Shown here: in pieces, positions 35,345 to 48,390 of the stretch | How the letters are laid out: each line of letters begins with the position of its first letter | Position numbering within the stretch: position 1 is the stretch's first letter | Notes under the pieces: generated by a model | What the model saw: only the letters and a program-made list of their open reading frames with translations | The model's database searches: none | Told to the model about the DNA's origin: nothing | Source of the DNA: Scyliorhinus canicula | Taxonomy: Eukaryota | DNA: 64,000 nucleotides | Assembly: GCF_902713615.1 (NCBI RefSeq) | Contig: NC_052175.1 | Span: 9,403,271-9,467,270, forward strand | Reading direction: 5' to 3' | Made by a program: the position numbers and the translations under genes

Positions 35345-38045
35345 TTTTAAACCTCATCACTAACATCAGTATGTAAATAGCCCAACTCGGGAAGGGGCCA
35401 TACTGCGCCTGGTATTGGGGAATGATCCCGGCCAGGTGGTTGAAGTTCAGTCGGTATTACTTTGGGACAAGCCATCACAATTCGGTAAGTTTTAGAATAC
35501 TCATTGAGAAAGACGAGAGTGGTCCGAAAGGAAGAGTGCTAAATTGGGGAAAGGCCAAGTATATCAAAATTCGGCAGGAGCTAGGGAATGTAGATTGGGA
35601 ATAGTTTCAAATCCGCATTTGAAATGTGCGACTCTTTTAAGAAAAAGTTCATTAGAGTGCAGGATAGATATGTCCCTGTGAAAATGAGGGATATAAATGG
35701 CAAGTTTAGGGAACCATCGATGACGGGTGGAATTGTGAGACTAGCTCAGATGAAAAAGGAAGCATACGTAAGATATAGGCGATTTACATAGATTTACATA
35801 GAATTTACAGTGCAGAAGGAGGCCATTCGGCCCATCGAGTCTGCACCGGCTCTTGGAAAGAGCACCCTAACCCCTATCCAAGGTCAACACCTCCACCCTA
35901 TCCCCATTACCCAGTAACCCCACCCAACACTAAGGGCAATTTTGGACACTAAGGGCAATTTTATCATGGCCAATCCACCTAACCCGCACATCTTTGGACT
36001 GTGGGAGGAAACCGGAGCACCCGGAGGAAACCCACGCGCACACGGGGAGGATGTGCAGACTCCGCACAGACAGTGACCCAAGCCGGAATCGAACCTGGGA
36101 CCCTGGAGCTGTGAAGCGATTGTGCTATCCACAAGGCTACCGTGCTGCCCCTTTTTATGGCAGACTCCTGCCCCATTTAAAATTAATGAAGCTTTGGAGG
36201 AATATCGGGACAGTAGAACAAGTCTCAAAAGTGCAATAAAGAGGGCTCAAAGGGGTCAGGGAATATATTTGGCTAACAGGGTGAAGGAACATAGCAAAGT
36301 ATTTTATTCGTCTATAAGGAGCAAGAGGGTAACTACAGAAAGGATTCGCCCATTCAAAGACAAAAGAGGAATTTTTTTGCGTGGAGTCAGAGGAAATAGT
36401 TGAGATTCTTAATGAGTACTTGGCATCCGTTTTCATCAAGTGACATGACGGATGTTGAGGTTAGGGATGGATGTTTAAATATTCCAGGTCAAGTCGGCAT
36501 AATGAATGCGGCAGTTTTGGGTATTCTAAAACGTATGATGTTGGACAAGTCCCCAGGTCCGGATGGGAACTATCCCAGGTTACAGAGGGAAGCGAGGGAA
36601 ATAGCTGGGACCTTAACAGATATCTTTTCAGCATCCTTGAGCACGAGTGAGCTCCCGGAGGACTGGAGAATTGCTGATATTGTCCCTTTGTTTACGAAAG
36701 GTAGCAGGGATTATCCAGGGAATTGTAGACATGTGAGCTTGACGTCAGTGGTAGGCAAACTGTTGGAGAAGATGCTGAGGGATAAGATCCATTCACATTT
36801 GGAAGACAATAGACTTATCAGTGATGGGCAGCATGGCTTTGTGCAGGGAAGGTCATGTATTTCAAACCTAATGAATTAATGACAAAGTTAACTGATGAGG
36901 GAAGGGCTGTTGATGTCATACACATGGACTTCAGTTCGGTGTTTGATAAAGTTTCCCATGGCAGGTTGATGGAAAAAGTGATGTTGTATGGGGTTCAGGG
37001 TGTACTAGCTAGATGGATAAAGAACTGGCTGGGCAACAGGAGACAGAGCGTAGTGGTGGAAGGGAGTTTCTCAAAATGGAGAAGGGTGACAAATGGTGTT
37101 CCACAGGTGTCCGTGCTCGAACCACTTTTGTTTGTGATATACATAAATGATCTAGACGAAGATACAGGTGGTCGGATTAGTACGTTTGCAGATGATAGTA
37201 AAATTGATGGAGTTGCAGATAGTGAGAGAGCTTGTCAGAGAATACAGCAAAATATAGATAGATTGCAGAGTTGGGCAGAGAAATGGAATATGGAGTTCAA
37301 TCCAGTCAATTGCGAGGTGATGCATTTTGGAAGATCCATTTCAAGAGCGGACTCTTCTATCAATGGACGAGTCGTGGGGAGAATTGATGTACAGAGCGAT
37401 CTGGGAGTTCAGGTCCATTGTCCCCTGAAGGTGGCAACGCAGGTCGATAGAGTGGTCAAGAAGGCATGCAGCACGCTTGCCTTCATCGGACGGGGTATTG
37501 AGTACAGGAGTCGGCAGGTCATGTTACAGTTGTATAGGACTTTGTTCCGGCCACATTTGGAATACTGCATGCAGTTCTGGTCGCCACATTACCAGAAGGA
37601 TGTGGATGCTTCAGAGAGGGTGCAGAGGCGGTTCACGAGGATGTTGCTTTGAATGAAGGGTGCTAGCTATGAAGAAAGTTTGAGTAGATTAGGGTTCTTT
37701 TCGTTGGAAAGACGGAGGTTGAGGGGTGACTTGATTGAAGTCGACAAAATTATGAGAGGTATAGACAGGGTGGACAGCAACAAGCTTTTTGCAAGAGTGA
37801 GTGTGTCAATTACAAAGGGCCACGCTTTCAAGGTGTGACGGGAAAAGTTCAAGGGAGATGTGCGTGGAAAGTTTTTTATGCAGAGGGTGGTGGGTGCCTG
37901 GAACGCTTTGCCAGCGGAGGTGGTGGAGGCGGGCACGATAGCGTAATTTAAGATGCATCTCGACAGATATATGAACGGGCCTGGAACAGAGGGAAATAGA
38001 TCCTTGGAAAACAGGCGACAGGTTTACATGAAGGATCAGTCTGAT
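35345..38045 (+). mobile_element. Degraded CR1 ORF2 and 3' UTR, with a V-SINE inserted at about 35775-36152 (minus)
   Basis: EN remnant, SPGPDG, QHGF, GVPQ, FADD (ORFs 36400-37838). Confidence 0.9.
35775..36152 (-). mobile_element. V-SINE
   Basis: Complete reverse-complement copy. Confidence 0.92.
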
Positions 38046-38059
38046 TAAGAAATATAAAG

Positions 38060-38280
38060 GGGCAGCACGGTAGCATGGTCGTTAGCATAAATGCTTCACA
38101 GATCCAGGGCCATGCTAAATTGCCCGTAGTGTCGTAAAAAGTAAGGTTGGGGGGGGGGGTTGTTGGGTTACGGGGATAGGGTGGATACGTGGGTTTGAGT
38201 AGGGTGATCATGGCTCGGCACAACATCGAGGGCCGAAGGGCCTGTTCTGTGCTGTACTGTTCTATGTTCTATGTTCTATC
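38060..38280 (+). mobile_element. V-SINE with internal deletion of the V domain
   Basis: Head joined directly to GGCCATGCTAAATTGCCCGTAG and the TTCTATG tail. Confidence 0.85.
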
Positions 38281-38509
38281 TGCATCGGCGCAGGCTGGGA
38301 GGGTCGAAGGGCCTGTTCGCGTGCTGTAATTTTATTTGTCTTTTGTTATTTCTATTCTCACTGAATTTATAACTGTTTCAGAAACCGCTTTATTCCCAAA
38401 ACCATTCCCATGGTATTGATGCTTTAATATTTCCCACGTTCCTTCATGATTTATTCTGAGATTCATTAATAATTCAAATTGTATTTTATTAACTGAGCAG
38501 GCGCAAAAT

Positions 38510-39540
38510 GGCCAGATAAAATTGCAACACCAAGAGGCCATTCGGCCACTCGAGCCTGCTCTGCTATTCAACAAGATCATAGCTGACCTGATTGTTGATC
38601 CGCCTGTCTGCCTCCCTAAAATCCTGGATTCCATTTTTACTTGAATCCGCTCTAATTCAGTATTGACAATATTCAATGGCACCCCCACTTCCCTGTGGAA
38701 ATGGGAATTTCTAACTGAGAGAAGACATTCATCCTCGTCACCGTCTTACTGCTGAAACTGTGTTCCCTGCTTCAACATTCCCTCACCAGTGAACGCATCT
38801 TTCCAATATTTACTGTGACAATCGTTTGGGAATTCTATCTGTTTTTAGGACGAAAATACGTAGAGAGAGCAGGAATGTGCTATTCCTCCTCTCGACTCCG
38901 CTCCACTGTTTAATCAGACCATGTCTGATCTGATAGTAACCTCAGTTCTGCATAAGGCCTGCTCCCAATCACCTCTGGACTCCCTGCTTACAAAGAAGAT
39001 ATCAATCTCTGCTTTAAAAGGTTTCAAAGATACTCCTTCAACCCCCTTTGAAAGGAAGGAAGTTATCAAGACTCACGACCCTCTCAGAGTAAACAAAACA
39101 TCCTCATTTTCCTTTCTAACGGCGGACCCATTATTCTTAAAAGTGACCACCCCCTAATTATAGATTCTCCTCCAAGAGAAAAAACCTTCTCCACATGCAC
39201 CTTTTCAAGACCCTTCTGGATCTGATAAGTTTCAATAAAGTCGCCTCTTTCTCATTACACTCTCGTGGATATGGTACATATGACCATTCCAGGTTTCCCT
39301 CATGGGACGCATTCGGATATTGTTCTAATACATATCTGTGAATGACTTCCAACGCATTTACATCCTTCCATAAATAAAGTGACCAATGTGGTCCAGAGTA
39401 CTCCAAATGTTGTCTAGCTCGTACAACTGAAGTGTAAACACCCTATTTTTTTATTGAATGCTCTTCTCAGTAAAGGAAAACGTTCTGTTAGATTTCTCAA
39501 TTACTTGCTGTGCCTGCACACTGTGATTCATGCGCTAGGA
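38510..39540 (-). mobile_element. Two old CR1-like 3' fragments
   Basis: Reverse-complement 3' UTR (GAGGCCATTCGGCCACTCGAGCCTGCT) and RT C-terminal remnants (PHWSLYLWKDVNALE). Confidence 0.65.
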
Positions 39541-39554
39541 CACCCAGATGTGTA

Positions 39555-39662
39555 TCCCGTACCAGCCTCCCGGACAAGCGCCGGAATGTGGCGACTAGGG
39601 GCTTTTCACAGTAACCATTGAAGCCTACTCGTGACAATAAGCGATTTTCATTTTTCATTTTC
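39555..39662 (+). mobile_element. Second SINE family, 3' half
   Basis: CCCGTACCAGCC...GTGACAATAAGCGATTTTCATTTTTCATT. Confidence 0.85.
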
Positions 39663-39714
39663 ATGTATCGCACCTCAGAGATTAGAAATCTCTCATTGTC
39701 TTGATGATGACCGC

Positions 39715-40380
39715 AGGTCACTGATAGGGGCAAAACAAGTGGATAAGATAGTTAAGAAGGCATACGGCATGCTTGCCTTCATTGACCGGAGCATTGAGTA
39801 TAAAAATGGCAACTTACGTTGCAGAAGAAATGAACCTTAGTTGTGCCACACTTGGAGGATAGTGTTCAATTCTGGTCGCCACACTACCCGAAGGATGGAG
39901 GCTTTAGAGAGGGTGCAGAAGAGATTAACCAGGATGTTTCCTGGTATGGAGGGCATTAGCTGTGAGGAGAGTTGAATGAACTCGGTTTGTTCTCACTGGA
40001 ACGACGGAGGTTGAGGGGCGACCTGATAGCCGTGTACAAAACTATGAGGGGCATAGATAGAGTGGATAGTCAGACGCTTCTTGCCAGTCTGGAGGGTTCA
40101 ATTACTAGGGGTCATAGGTTTGTGGTGCGAGTGGCAAGGTTTATAGGAGATATACGAGACACGAATTTTACGCAGAGGGGGGAGGATGTGGTGGAAGCAG
40201 GGACGATAGTGACTTTAAAGGGGCATCTTGACTCATACATGAATAGGATGGGAATAGAGTGATACGTCGCCCAGAGGTGCAGAAGATTTTAGTTTAGACG
40301 TGCAGCATGGTCGGCATAGGCTTGGAGGGCCGAAGGGCCTATTCCTGTGCTGTACTTTACTTCGTTCTTTGTTCTTTGTT
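39715..40380 (+). mobile_element. CR1 3' fragment
   Basis: VKKAYGMLAFI...LFSLERRRLRGDL and tail. Confidence 0.85.
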
Positions 40381-40399
40381 CTTTTTCCAACAGATGCTT

Positions 40400-41600
40400 T
40401 TCCATGGGCAAGGGGACATAGTTGCAAAAACAGACTTCTGGGGCTTACTGCGCGGGTATTTGGGTAGATCTATATTTGATGATTGTCTTGATAGCAAACC
40501 GCTTTTAGCTCCTGTGCCTGCTTTGGTTCTGAAACAACTTGGCATACCCTTACCATGGCACACAGGATCACCGCGTAATAGGCAGAGGTTCTTCTCCCTC
40601 CTGCATGCTCTTACACCCGGACCCCTGTGGCAAATCCCCCTGCTTTATTCATATCAAATTAAAGGGCTTGAAGAAATTAGGAAGCCCCAAGTCACGGGCG
40701 CTAATCATCGCTGTTTCAAGTTACAAAATGCTTGAGGTCACTCTGCCCTCCTGTTTGACATAAAATTCTATCAGCCAATTTCGTCCGTCCATTTCAGTAT
40801 TAATCTCATGTCATTCGTTGTTCCTTTGTCCTCTTTGGATCAGTTCTCCTATAGGCTTTGCCTTAGCGGGATGTCTTACGGCCAATGTTAAATGGGGTTC
40901 TGAAATTAAACCCATCCTAAAAAGGTCCCTCTGACTATGGGCCAACTGTACTAACATTCCTAACCCCACAATACTGAAAAATAAAAAGGAGTGATATGCA
41001 ATGAGGTCTGCTGTCCGAAGTGACTTTGCCGTTTGTAAATTGTACGTGTGCTCATCCTCACGAGCATACCAACCCTGCAATGGGTCACGATATTCTCTCG
41101 GCTGGACTCTGTCAGGTGTATTAATAGCTGTGCCTCAGGGTCATTAATCTTTTGTAAGACTTCCTGCAGTTTTTCTTTTAACAGTGGTAGTGTAAGGGTT
41201 AACGTTCAACGGCCAGCATACAACACAGACACAGAGCGATAGGGCGCAGGCTCAGAAGTTGTTAAATTTTGCAGCTGGTGAGCTCGTCTTTGAGACAGTT
41301 CTATAAACATTCCATTATCAATGCAAAGTATTCCCGCTCCTAATTTGCAGAGTGTCTGTCTGCCTAATAGGGGAAGGTGTCGCGAGGAGGGGTACATCCT
41401 TCCTGGGGGTTACATGTTTATTGGCCCCTTGCATGAGAGCCTCTTTCCCTATATTTTCTAACCAGTGTTCATTCAAGTGATTATCATTATTGGGAACACA
41501 GCCCCCATTTATGCCGTGTGGGACTACAATCCCATCTTTCAAAGCTGGCCAACATGCACCATAAGCATAATTTCAAGGCAGCAAACCATCTCCTGAGAGG
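40400..41600 (-). mobile_element. Class I (gamma/epsilon-like) endogenous retrovirus pro-pol remnant
   Basis: PSSRHLPLLGRQTLCKLGAGILCIDNGMFIEL resembles the protease C-terminus (P..LLGRD.L.KL...I.C...GL.LE). EPHLTLAV resembles the pro-RT spacer of fish epsilon-like ERVs. Disrupted; no RT core seen. Confidence 0.6.
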
Positions 41601-42258
41601 GGGTCATAAATACCACACATGTAACTCAATTACCAATGATTGATTCAATACGTGCATGAGCTATTCTTGGAGACGTATATTTTTCTTTGTCAATTCAGAA
41701 AAGGTAAACTATCTGCTGAAATGGTTAATGTTTCCTGCAGAACCTAAGGGGGCTCAGAACTTGGAATGATGCCATTTGCATCTCTTCACTTGATCTAAAA
41801 GCTTGTTCATGTTCAATTACTTTGATTCGTAAAGGCATTTTCCTTCTTTTAAACTGATTTGAATTTCCACTGTTTCAGTGAATTAGAGAAATCGCAACAC
41901 TAATCACTGAAGTTATTATCTCGGACTCACAATATCGGAAGATGAAAAATACAACCGACTAAGCACTTCATGCTTTGACTAAAATAAATTGGTTAAACAA
42001 AACACACACTCTCAGCTCAAAAATATCACAGTTAACCGTTTGCCTTATCTGATGGCGATAGAAAATCTGAATTCTCTTTCCGAAAGGAACCCAACTGTTC
42101 CGCTTTTACCTTAATCTTTTATTTACTTTTACTCCTCTGTTTTGTTTCGAGAGGGGGTCATCTTCATCAGATTCCTATAGGGTCATACAGGTTTTCAAAC
42201 CTCTTTCCGTTGCTTCACGATTGTTTATTTTCATTATCTTACTCATTTTGATTCCCTT

Positions 42259-42447
42259 ATGAAATGAAATGAAAAACGAAAATCGCTTATTGTCACGAGT
42301 AGGCTTCAATGAAGTTACTGTGAAAAGCCCCTAGTCGCCACATTTCGGCGCCTGTTCGGGGAGGCTGGTACGGGAATTGAACCGTGCTGCTGGCCTGCCT
42401 TGGTCTGCATTAAAAGCCAGCGATTTAGCCCAGTGTGCCAAACCAGC
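42259..42447 (-). mobile_element. Second SINE family copy
   Basis: Reverse complement of the 3574 family; (TGAAA)n at the left end. Confidence 0.9.
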
Positions 42448-43299
42448 ATTATCTGTCTTCTTTCAGGAGTTCACCTTCTTTCTCGCTCCTGATGTCCTTA
42501 TCGATGCTTTGGGACGACCTGTGAGGGGGAGTCGAGTTTATTGATCATCGCTCCTTCTGCAAAATACTTTAGATCATATATATAACAATAGCAACGACCG
42601 CGGAAATCATTTACAAATACTAGCGGGGGCGCACACCGGTGTTTGTCCTTTCACGAACACTGAAGTCTCTTTTTTTCAATGTTAGTCTCTAAGGGACCTT
42701 TATTCTTCCCATGCAGCTATCGTTAATTTATAAATTAAGATAATTCACCCTAGCATGAGTCACCGGCCAGTAATTAAGGCTGCCGAGCAGCAGATCCCCC
42801 TTTCAGCTGGGGTCCCGTTATGGCTCTCTCCCTTTCAGCTGAGACGACGCCTAATTTGTCGTGGAAATTATAATAAACACAAATTCCTGGAGGTTCGAGT
42901 TAAGGAAATGTACTTACACAAATATATTTGCGGAGAGAGAACGTTCTGGCTTTTTTGCAAGTGCATCACAATCTGAGATTCGATTGAAGGAAGCATATCT
43001 TTATAGTCTGATATAACAGCTTGAAGGAAACAGCCATGTTTATATTAAATTGACATGGAAAGTACGTGCGATGAAATACATAAACGTATGTTCTTGCCCT
43101 TGGCTAAAACCAACTCGAGTATACATTTTGTTATCTTTCGGAGGACAATGTGTTATCATAACAATGCCGAGTCCAAAATATTAAGCAGTACTTTGTTTAT
43201 GTTACCTGACCGACTTATTTTCGTTCTGAAAGCAGTGTTAAACTATATAGTCAAGGATTTCCCAGCATGCATCTAAGTTGGCAACTCATTAAGCTCCTA

Positions 43300-43590
43300 T
43301 CTGCAGCATCATATGCACATATGTTCACATACAGACGCGCACAATCATGCACACGCAAATGAACATTCACAAACACATGTACACTCATTCTCTCTCTCAC
43401 ACAAACAGACTCACCGTTAAACACACACTATCATTCACTCACATTCACAGATACACATTCACATTCATTCTTGCAGATGCACACTCATGAAGTCACAACT
43501 GACCCAAACACAAGAATAAACACACTCGCACTCATCGACTCACACACAAACGCACACAGTCTGAAGCACAAACTCATATAATGACACACA
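43300..43590. repeat. CA-rich low-complexity tract
   Basis: Composition. Confidence 0.75.
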
Positions 43591-43609
43591 CTGGAAAGCG
43601 GAATTACAT

Positions 43610-44130
43610 TATATTGCCATGCACAAGTGCACTGCACTGGGATTCAGGAGTGCATGGTACCCAGATATATGAGTGTATTGCACTGGATTTAGGAATGAAT
43701 GTCACTGAGACATAGCAGTGCACTGTACTTGTGTGCCGGATTGCGCTACAATAGGATGCGACATTGTACATCTGTGAGCAGGGAGTTTGCTGTACTGAGG
43801 GATTGGAGTATGCTATATTTTGACGCAGGACTAGTATTATGGGATGTTACAGTATGCTAGAATGGGATGCAGGACTTCACGATGCGGGGATGCCGGTGTG
43901 TGCTGTACTGCGGGGCAATGTTTCATGGCGCTGGTTTGCAAGATCGCACGGTACTAGTTTGCAGGTATATACCATATAGGGATGCAAGAATGTGCTGTAC
44001 TGGGATGCATGAATGAGCTGTATTGGGTGGCAGTGTTTCATTGTATTGGGATGCAGCACTGTTTTGCACTTAGATACAGGAATTCTCTGCACTGCGGTCC
44101 ACATTTTCAGCGCTTGTTCAACATTGCGGT
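43610..44130. repeat. Degenerate about 20-bp tandem repeat (GTGCTGTACTGGGATGCAGGA-like)
   Basis: Recurrent TGTACTG and GGATGCAGGA motifs; same family at 47870-48390. Confidence 0.7.
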
Positions 44131-44159
44131 GTTCAGACAACCCGAGACAATCTCTTCTC

Positions 44160-46070
44160 ATTGCCTCAATATCTAAGCCCTGACAACATGTTTGTAAATC
44201 TCTTCTTCACTCCCTCCAGGGCATTTAGGTCCTCCCTGTAATGTGGTGATCTGAATTATAAAAAGTCTCCAGCTCTGGTCTAATAGCGTTTAGACCGTTC
44301 CAACAATACATCCTGCTTCTGTATTCATTATCTATCCCGATAAAGAAACACATTCCAGATGTTTTCTTGACCACCTTGTCGACCTGCTCTGCCACATTTT
44401 TGGGCCAGTGGGCATGCACTTCAAGGTCGCCCACTTCCTCTACCCCTCTCAATATCTACCTGTCTATTCAATATTCCCGAGCCTTGCTTTCCCTACCCAC
44501 ATTCATTACCTCACACTTTTCCGGCTGGAATACCATTCACCATTCTTTGCAAACTCAACCAAATCATTGATAACATTCTCGAGGTGACAGATATGCTCAT
44601 CACTATCAACTACGTTGTGAGCACAGTAGCACGGTGCTTAGCACTGTCGCTTCACAGCTACAGGGTCCCAAGTTTGATTCACGGCTTGGGAAACTGTGTG
44701 GAGTCTGCACGTTCTCCCCGTGCCTGCGTGAGTTTCGTCCGGGTGCTCCGGTTTCTTCCCACAAGTCCATGTGCTGGTTAGGTGGATTGGCCTGGCTTAA
44801 TTGCTCTCAGTGTCCAAAGACGTTTAGAGGGGTTACTGTGTTACGGGGATAGGGTAGAGGTGTGATCTTAGGCAGGGTAATCTTTCCATGGGCCGATGCA
44901 GACTCAATGGGCCGAGTGGTCTCCTTCTGCCCAGTAACGATTGTGATGATGATGACCTGTCAACGGCCAAAATCTGTGTCAGCTGCAAATTTATCATTAT
45001 TCCACCCACATTTCTGCCTAAATCATTAATATTTGCAACAAACAACATGGCCTCGACACTGACGCCCATGGAGATCACTGAAATCTCTTTTTCATGTGCA
45101 ATATATTCCTTGCCCTTTGCTTCCTGTCACTGAGCCAGTTTTGGATCCAACCTGCCTCTTTCCGTTGTATCCCATGATATGTTACTTTTCTAACCATTCT
45201 GCCATGAGGGACCTTGTGAAATACATTACTGAAATCCACGTAGACAATATCCACTGCAATACCGTCACCAATCTTCCTCTCTTACATTTTCATAAAAATC
45301 TATGGAGTTAGTAAGTCACGATCTTCTCCAAATTAAACCATACTGACCAGCCATGATCAATCCGTGCCTTTCTAAGTGACAGTTTGACTCCCAAAATTAT
45401 TTCCAATAATCTTCCCACTACTGGAGTCAGACTGTCTGGCATATAGCATTCAGGCCTATCCCTTGCACCATCCTAAAATTTATGGTTAAACCTTTCTCGG
45501 CCTCTAACCTTCTGATACCTCACCTGTATAGAAGGAGCATTGGAAAATGAACCTTAAAGCGGCGGCCCATTTCCTTCCTGGCTTCCATGAACAGCCTGAA
45601 GACAATCCATGTGACCCTGGTAATTTCTCCGCCTTCCAGTATCAGTGCGTCCTCTATATTATGGTTACCATAATGGTTCCACCTGCCCCTTCCCCCACTT
45701 ACCCAACTTCATTTCCGTGGGTTAAATCTAGATGTGCACGCCTCTCATTGGGGTTATTGCGTGCTGGCGAGAAACATTATCTTCAATATAGTTGAAGTGT
45801 CTTTCGCACTATTTGTATCCGAATTGATATTTGGGTAGTTGAGGTCCCGAGAGATATCCCATATTTTTTTACACTCAGAAATCTGACTATATTTGCCCAT
45901 CTAACTCATTTCTGCTAATTGGTGGATTATCATAGTTATAGCAGTGAGAATTCACGGTTAGAAATTTCTGAGCTCAACGGATATGACCTGATTTGACGTT
46001 ACATTTAGTACATCATCCATCCTGTCATTGATTCTTCATCCTATAATGGTGCCCCCCTCCCTATCCTGCT
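44160..46070 (-). mobile_element. Old degraded CR1 ORF2 remnants, with a V-SINE variant inserted at about 44615-44945 (plus)
   Basis: Reverse-complement RT motifs (VDKVVKK, NLQLTQI for KFADD) and EN remnants. Confidence 0.7.
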
Positions 46071-46084
46071 TCGAAACTCAGTAT

Positions 46085-46280
46085 CAACTCTTGCGATCAT
46101 GAACGATAGTGACATTTAAGGGGCATCTTGACAAATACATGAATAAGATGGGATTAGAGGTATACGGATTTAGGAAGTGTGGAAAATTTTAGATTAGAAG
46201 GGCAGCGTTGTCGGCACAGGAGTGGAGGTCCGAAGGGCCTGTTGCTGTGCTGTACTTTTCTTTCTTCTTTGTTCTAAATG
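46085..46280 (+). mobile_element. CR1 3' terminal fragment
   Basis: TTTAAGGGGCATCTTGACAAATACATGAAT...GAAGGGCCTGTT. Confidence 0.8.
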
Positions 46281-46689
46281 CCATGGTTTCCCCTACTCAA
46301 GCCAAGTCTCTGTTGTGGCAATTATATCATTCCACCATGTGTATATTAGTGACCTAAACTCATCAGATTTATTGACTATGATCCTTGAATTTACATATAT
46401 CTATCTATATATAGGCACTGCTACACATCTGTGCGTTGTCTGTTTTTCGGCGTCAGTCACTGATTCCCAATATTTTGATCCAGGCTCTTAACTTAACTTC
46501 AGATTCCCAACTTTTCAATTAATCTAGATTAATACCTCCACCCTTCACGTCCCCCAACAGCGCAAACATATATTCATCCCATTCCTTTGCAGCTGTAGAT
46601 GTTTTGACTAGCACAGCTCTGATTCCATGAACCTGTTATACTGCATCAAAAAGCTGATGTCCTCCCACTTATGGCGCATATACGACCAT

Positions 46690-47460
46690 GGGATTAGTCC
46701 CTCAGTCTCTTGTTTGCATAATCATCAGCATGTTGGACAGTGAGTAATCCTGAGATTTCTGATTTTGCGATCATTAGTTCCAAGCTCCCTTTTAGTTCCC
46801 TAAAGTCTGCTTTCAGGAACTTGCAATCTCCCCTATCTGATCCATTGAGACAGACGTGGACGGCAACCTCTAGCTGATCGCGCTGCTCTGGAAGAATGCG
46901 CTGAAGTTGTTCCGTGACATCATTGGTCCTAGCACCAGGGAGGCAACATAGCATCCTGGAGTCAAGTATATGGTCAGACAGAAACACCTTATTGAACGAT
47001 TGCATTTTATTGCTGTTCATATCCCCTACATTCCCTTCTCCCGTACAGCAGATTTGTCTATGGTGCCACAGACGCGTCTCCGAGCAAACTCTTCTGAGGA
47101 ATTAACACTCTCTCTTGTATGCAAAACGGAACTCTGATCAATCAACGGGACATCAGGGGACTCTCCACAACATGTGCGGTTTTCTTTGACTGCCCACCTG
47201 CCGTCAATGCCCTTTCTGCCGAAGGCTCCGATGTTGCTGTGAGATGCCGTGATTGAACATGCTCTCCACATAGTTCCTGGCCTCGTGGATGTGTCACAGT
47301 GACGACAGCCACCGCCTGAGATCCAAAGCTCACAACTCAGGGTGTTGCAGCTGGTGACACTTTCTACACACGTGCTGGTCTTGACAGAACGAGGATCCAA
47401 TACTTCCCACATACTGCAGGAAGGACAAACCATAACACTGAGTTGTATTGCCGTGGCTTC
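46690..47460 (-). mobile_element. CR1 ORF1 remnant
   Basis: VCPSCSMWE zinc finger; DSRMLCCLPGART and VAVHV esterase motifs. Confidence 0.8.
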
Positions 47461-47639
47461 AATTTTCTTCTGTCACATTAACCTTATTTTACTTTGGTTA
47501 ACGTATGTAGCATTATTCCACATGACCTCGAATTGTTTTCGCTGTTGCTTGTGTTTCTCACTGTAAGTAGTCCATTCTTTTACAAATAACGTGTTTTTCT
47601 ATTTCTCAGCTCCTTGATAACCACGGTTTTTCATCGGTT

Positions 47640-47855
47640 TGTTAAATATACATTTCTAATTATTGGACAATTTAGTGCTGCCAATCCACCTTCCCAGCAC
47701 ATCTTTCGGTTGTGTGGGCGATCCCACGCAGACATGGGGGGTGGGGGCGGCGGGGGCAGAATTTCCAAATTCCGCATGGACAGTGACCCGGGCTTCAAGT
47801 CGAAACCGGGGACCTCTGTACCGTGAGGCATCAGTGCTAACCATTGCGCCGCCCT
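47640..47855 (-). mobile_element. Divergent V-SINE-like copy
   Basis: Reverse-complement tRNA-like head and partial V domain. Confidence 0.7.
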
Positions 47856-47869
47856 AGATGTCATTGGTA

Positions 47870-48390
47870 AAATGATTGTGCTGCAAATATGCAGGAGCGT
47901 GCTGTCGTTGGATTAAACAGTTGTTGCACTGGGCTGCAGTGTATGTTCTAATGTGAAGAAGGAATGAACAGTTCTGAGTTGAAGGAGTTCGCTGAGCTGT
48001 GATGCCGAGATTTATGCCATTGACAATCAGGAGTGTGCTTTACTGTGATGAAGGAATGCACAGTTCCAAGTTGAAGGAATGTGCTCTACTGTGATGCAGG
48101 GATTTGTGTTATTGAGATTCAAGAGTGTGTTGTACTGTGATGAAGGAATGCACAATTCTGAGTGAAGGAGTGTGCTGTACTGTAATGCAAGTGTTTATGT
48201 CATTGAGATTCAGGAGTGCGCTGTACTGGAATGCATGAATGTGCTGCTCTCGGCTGCAGTTGTGTCTGGCATGGAGATACAGCTGTCTGCTGTTATGGGA
48301 TGCATGGGTGCATTGAACAGTGAGGCATAGGTGCCCCGTACTCGTTCGTGGGAATGTGAGGGTGCTTCTCCATGTCTGGGGAGTGTAAAA
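47870..48390. repeat. Degenerate tandem repeat (GTGCTGTACTGTGATGAAGGAA-like)
   Basis: Recurrent TACTGTGATG, GGAATG and GAGATTCA motifs. Confidence 0.75.

Larger units (their letters stand above)
34456..38460 (+). pseudogene. Probable degenerate paralog of the V-C1 receptor, inverted (head-to-head)
   Basis: V-like exon 34456-34697 (GAATCCACTCTG vs GAGTCCACTCTG, VGEAP, ADSG). TM-like exon 35113-35209 ending CATTTGGATTTG...GATCAG|GTGA as in exon 4. Small exon 35296-35330 with GTAAGTAA donor. Possible last exon at about 38381 (KPLYS). Stops and frameshifts throughout. Confidence 0.45.

Noticed and set aside
42145-42172. CTGATGA...GAAAC hammerhead-like core on minus
   Set aside because: Stem II and flanking stems do not pair convincingly; likely chance.
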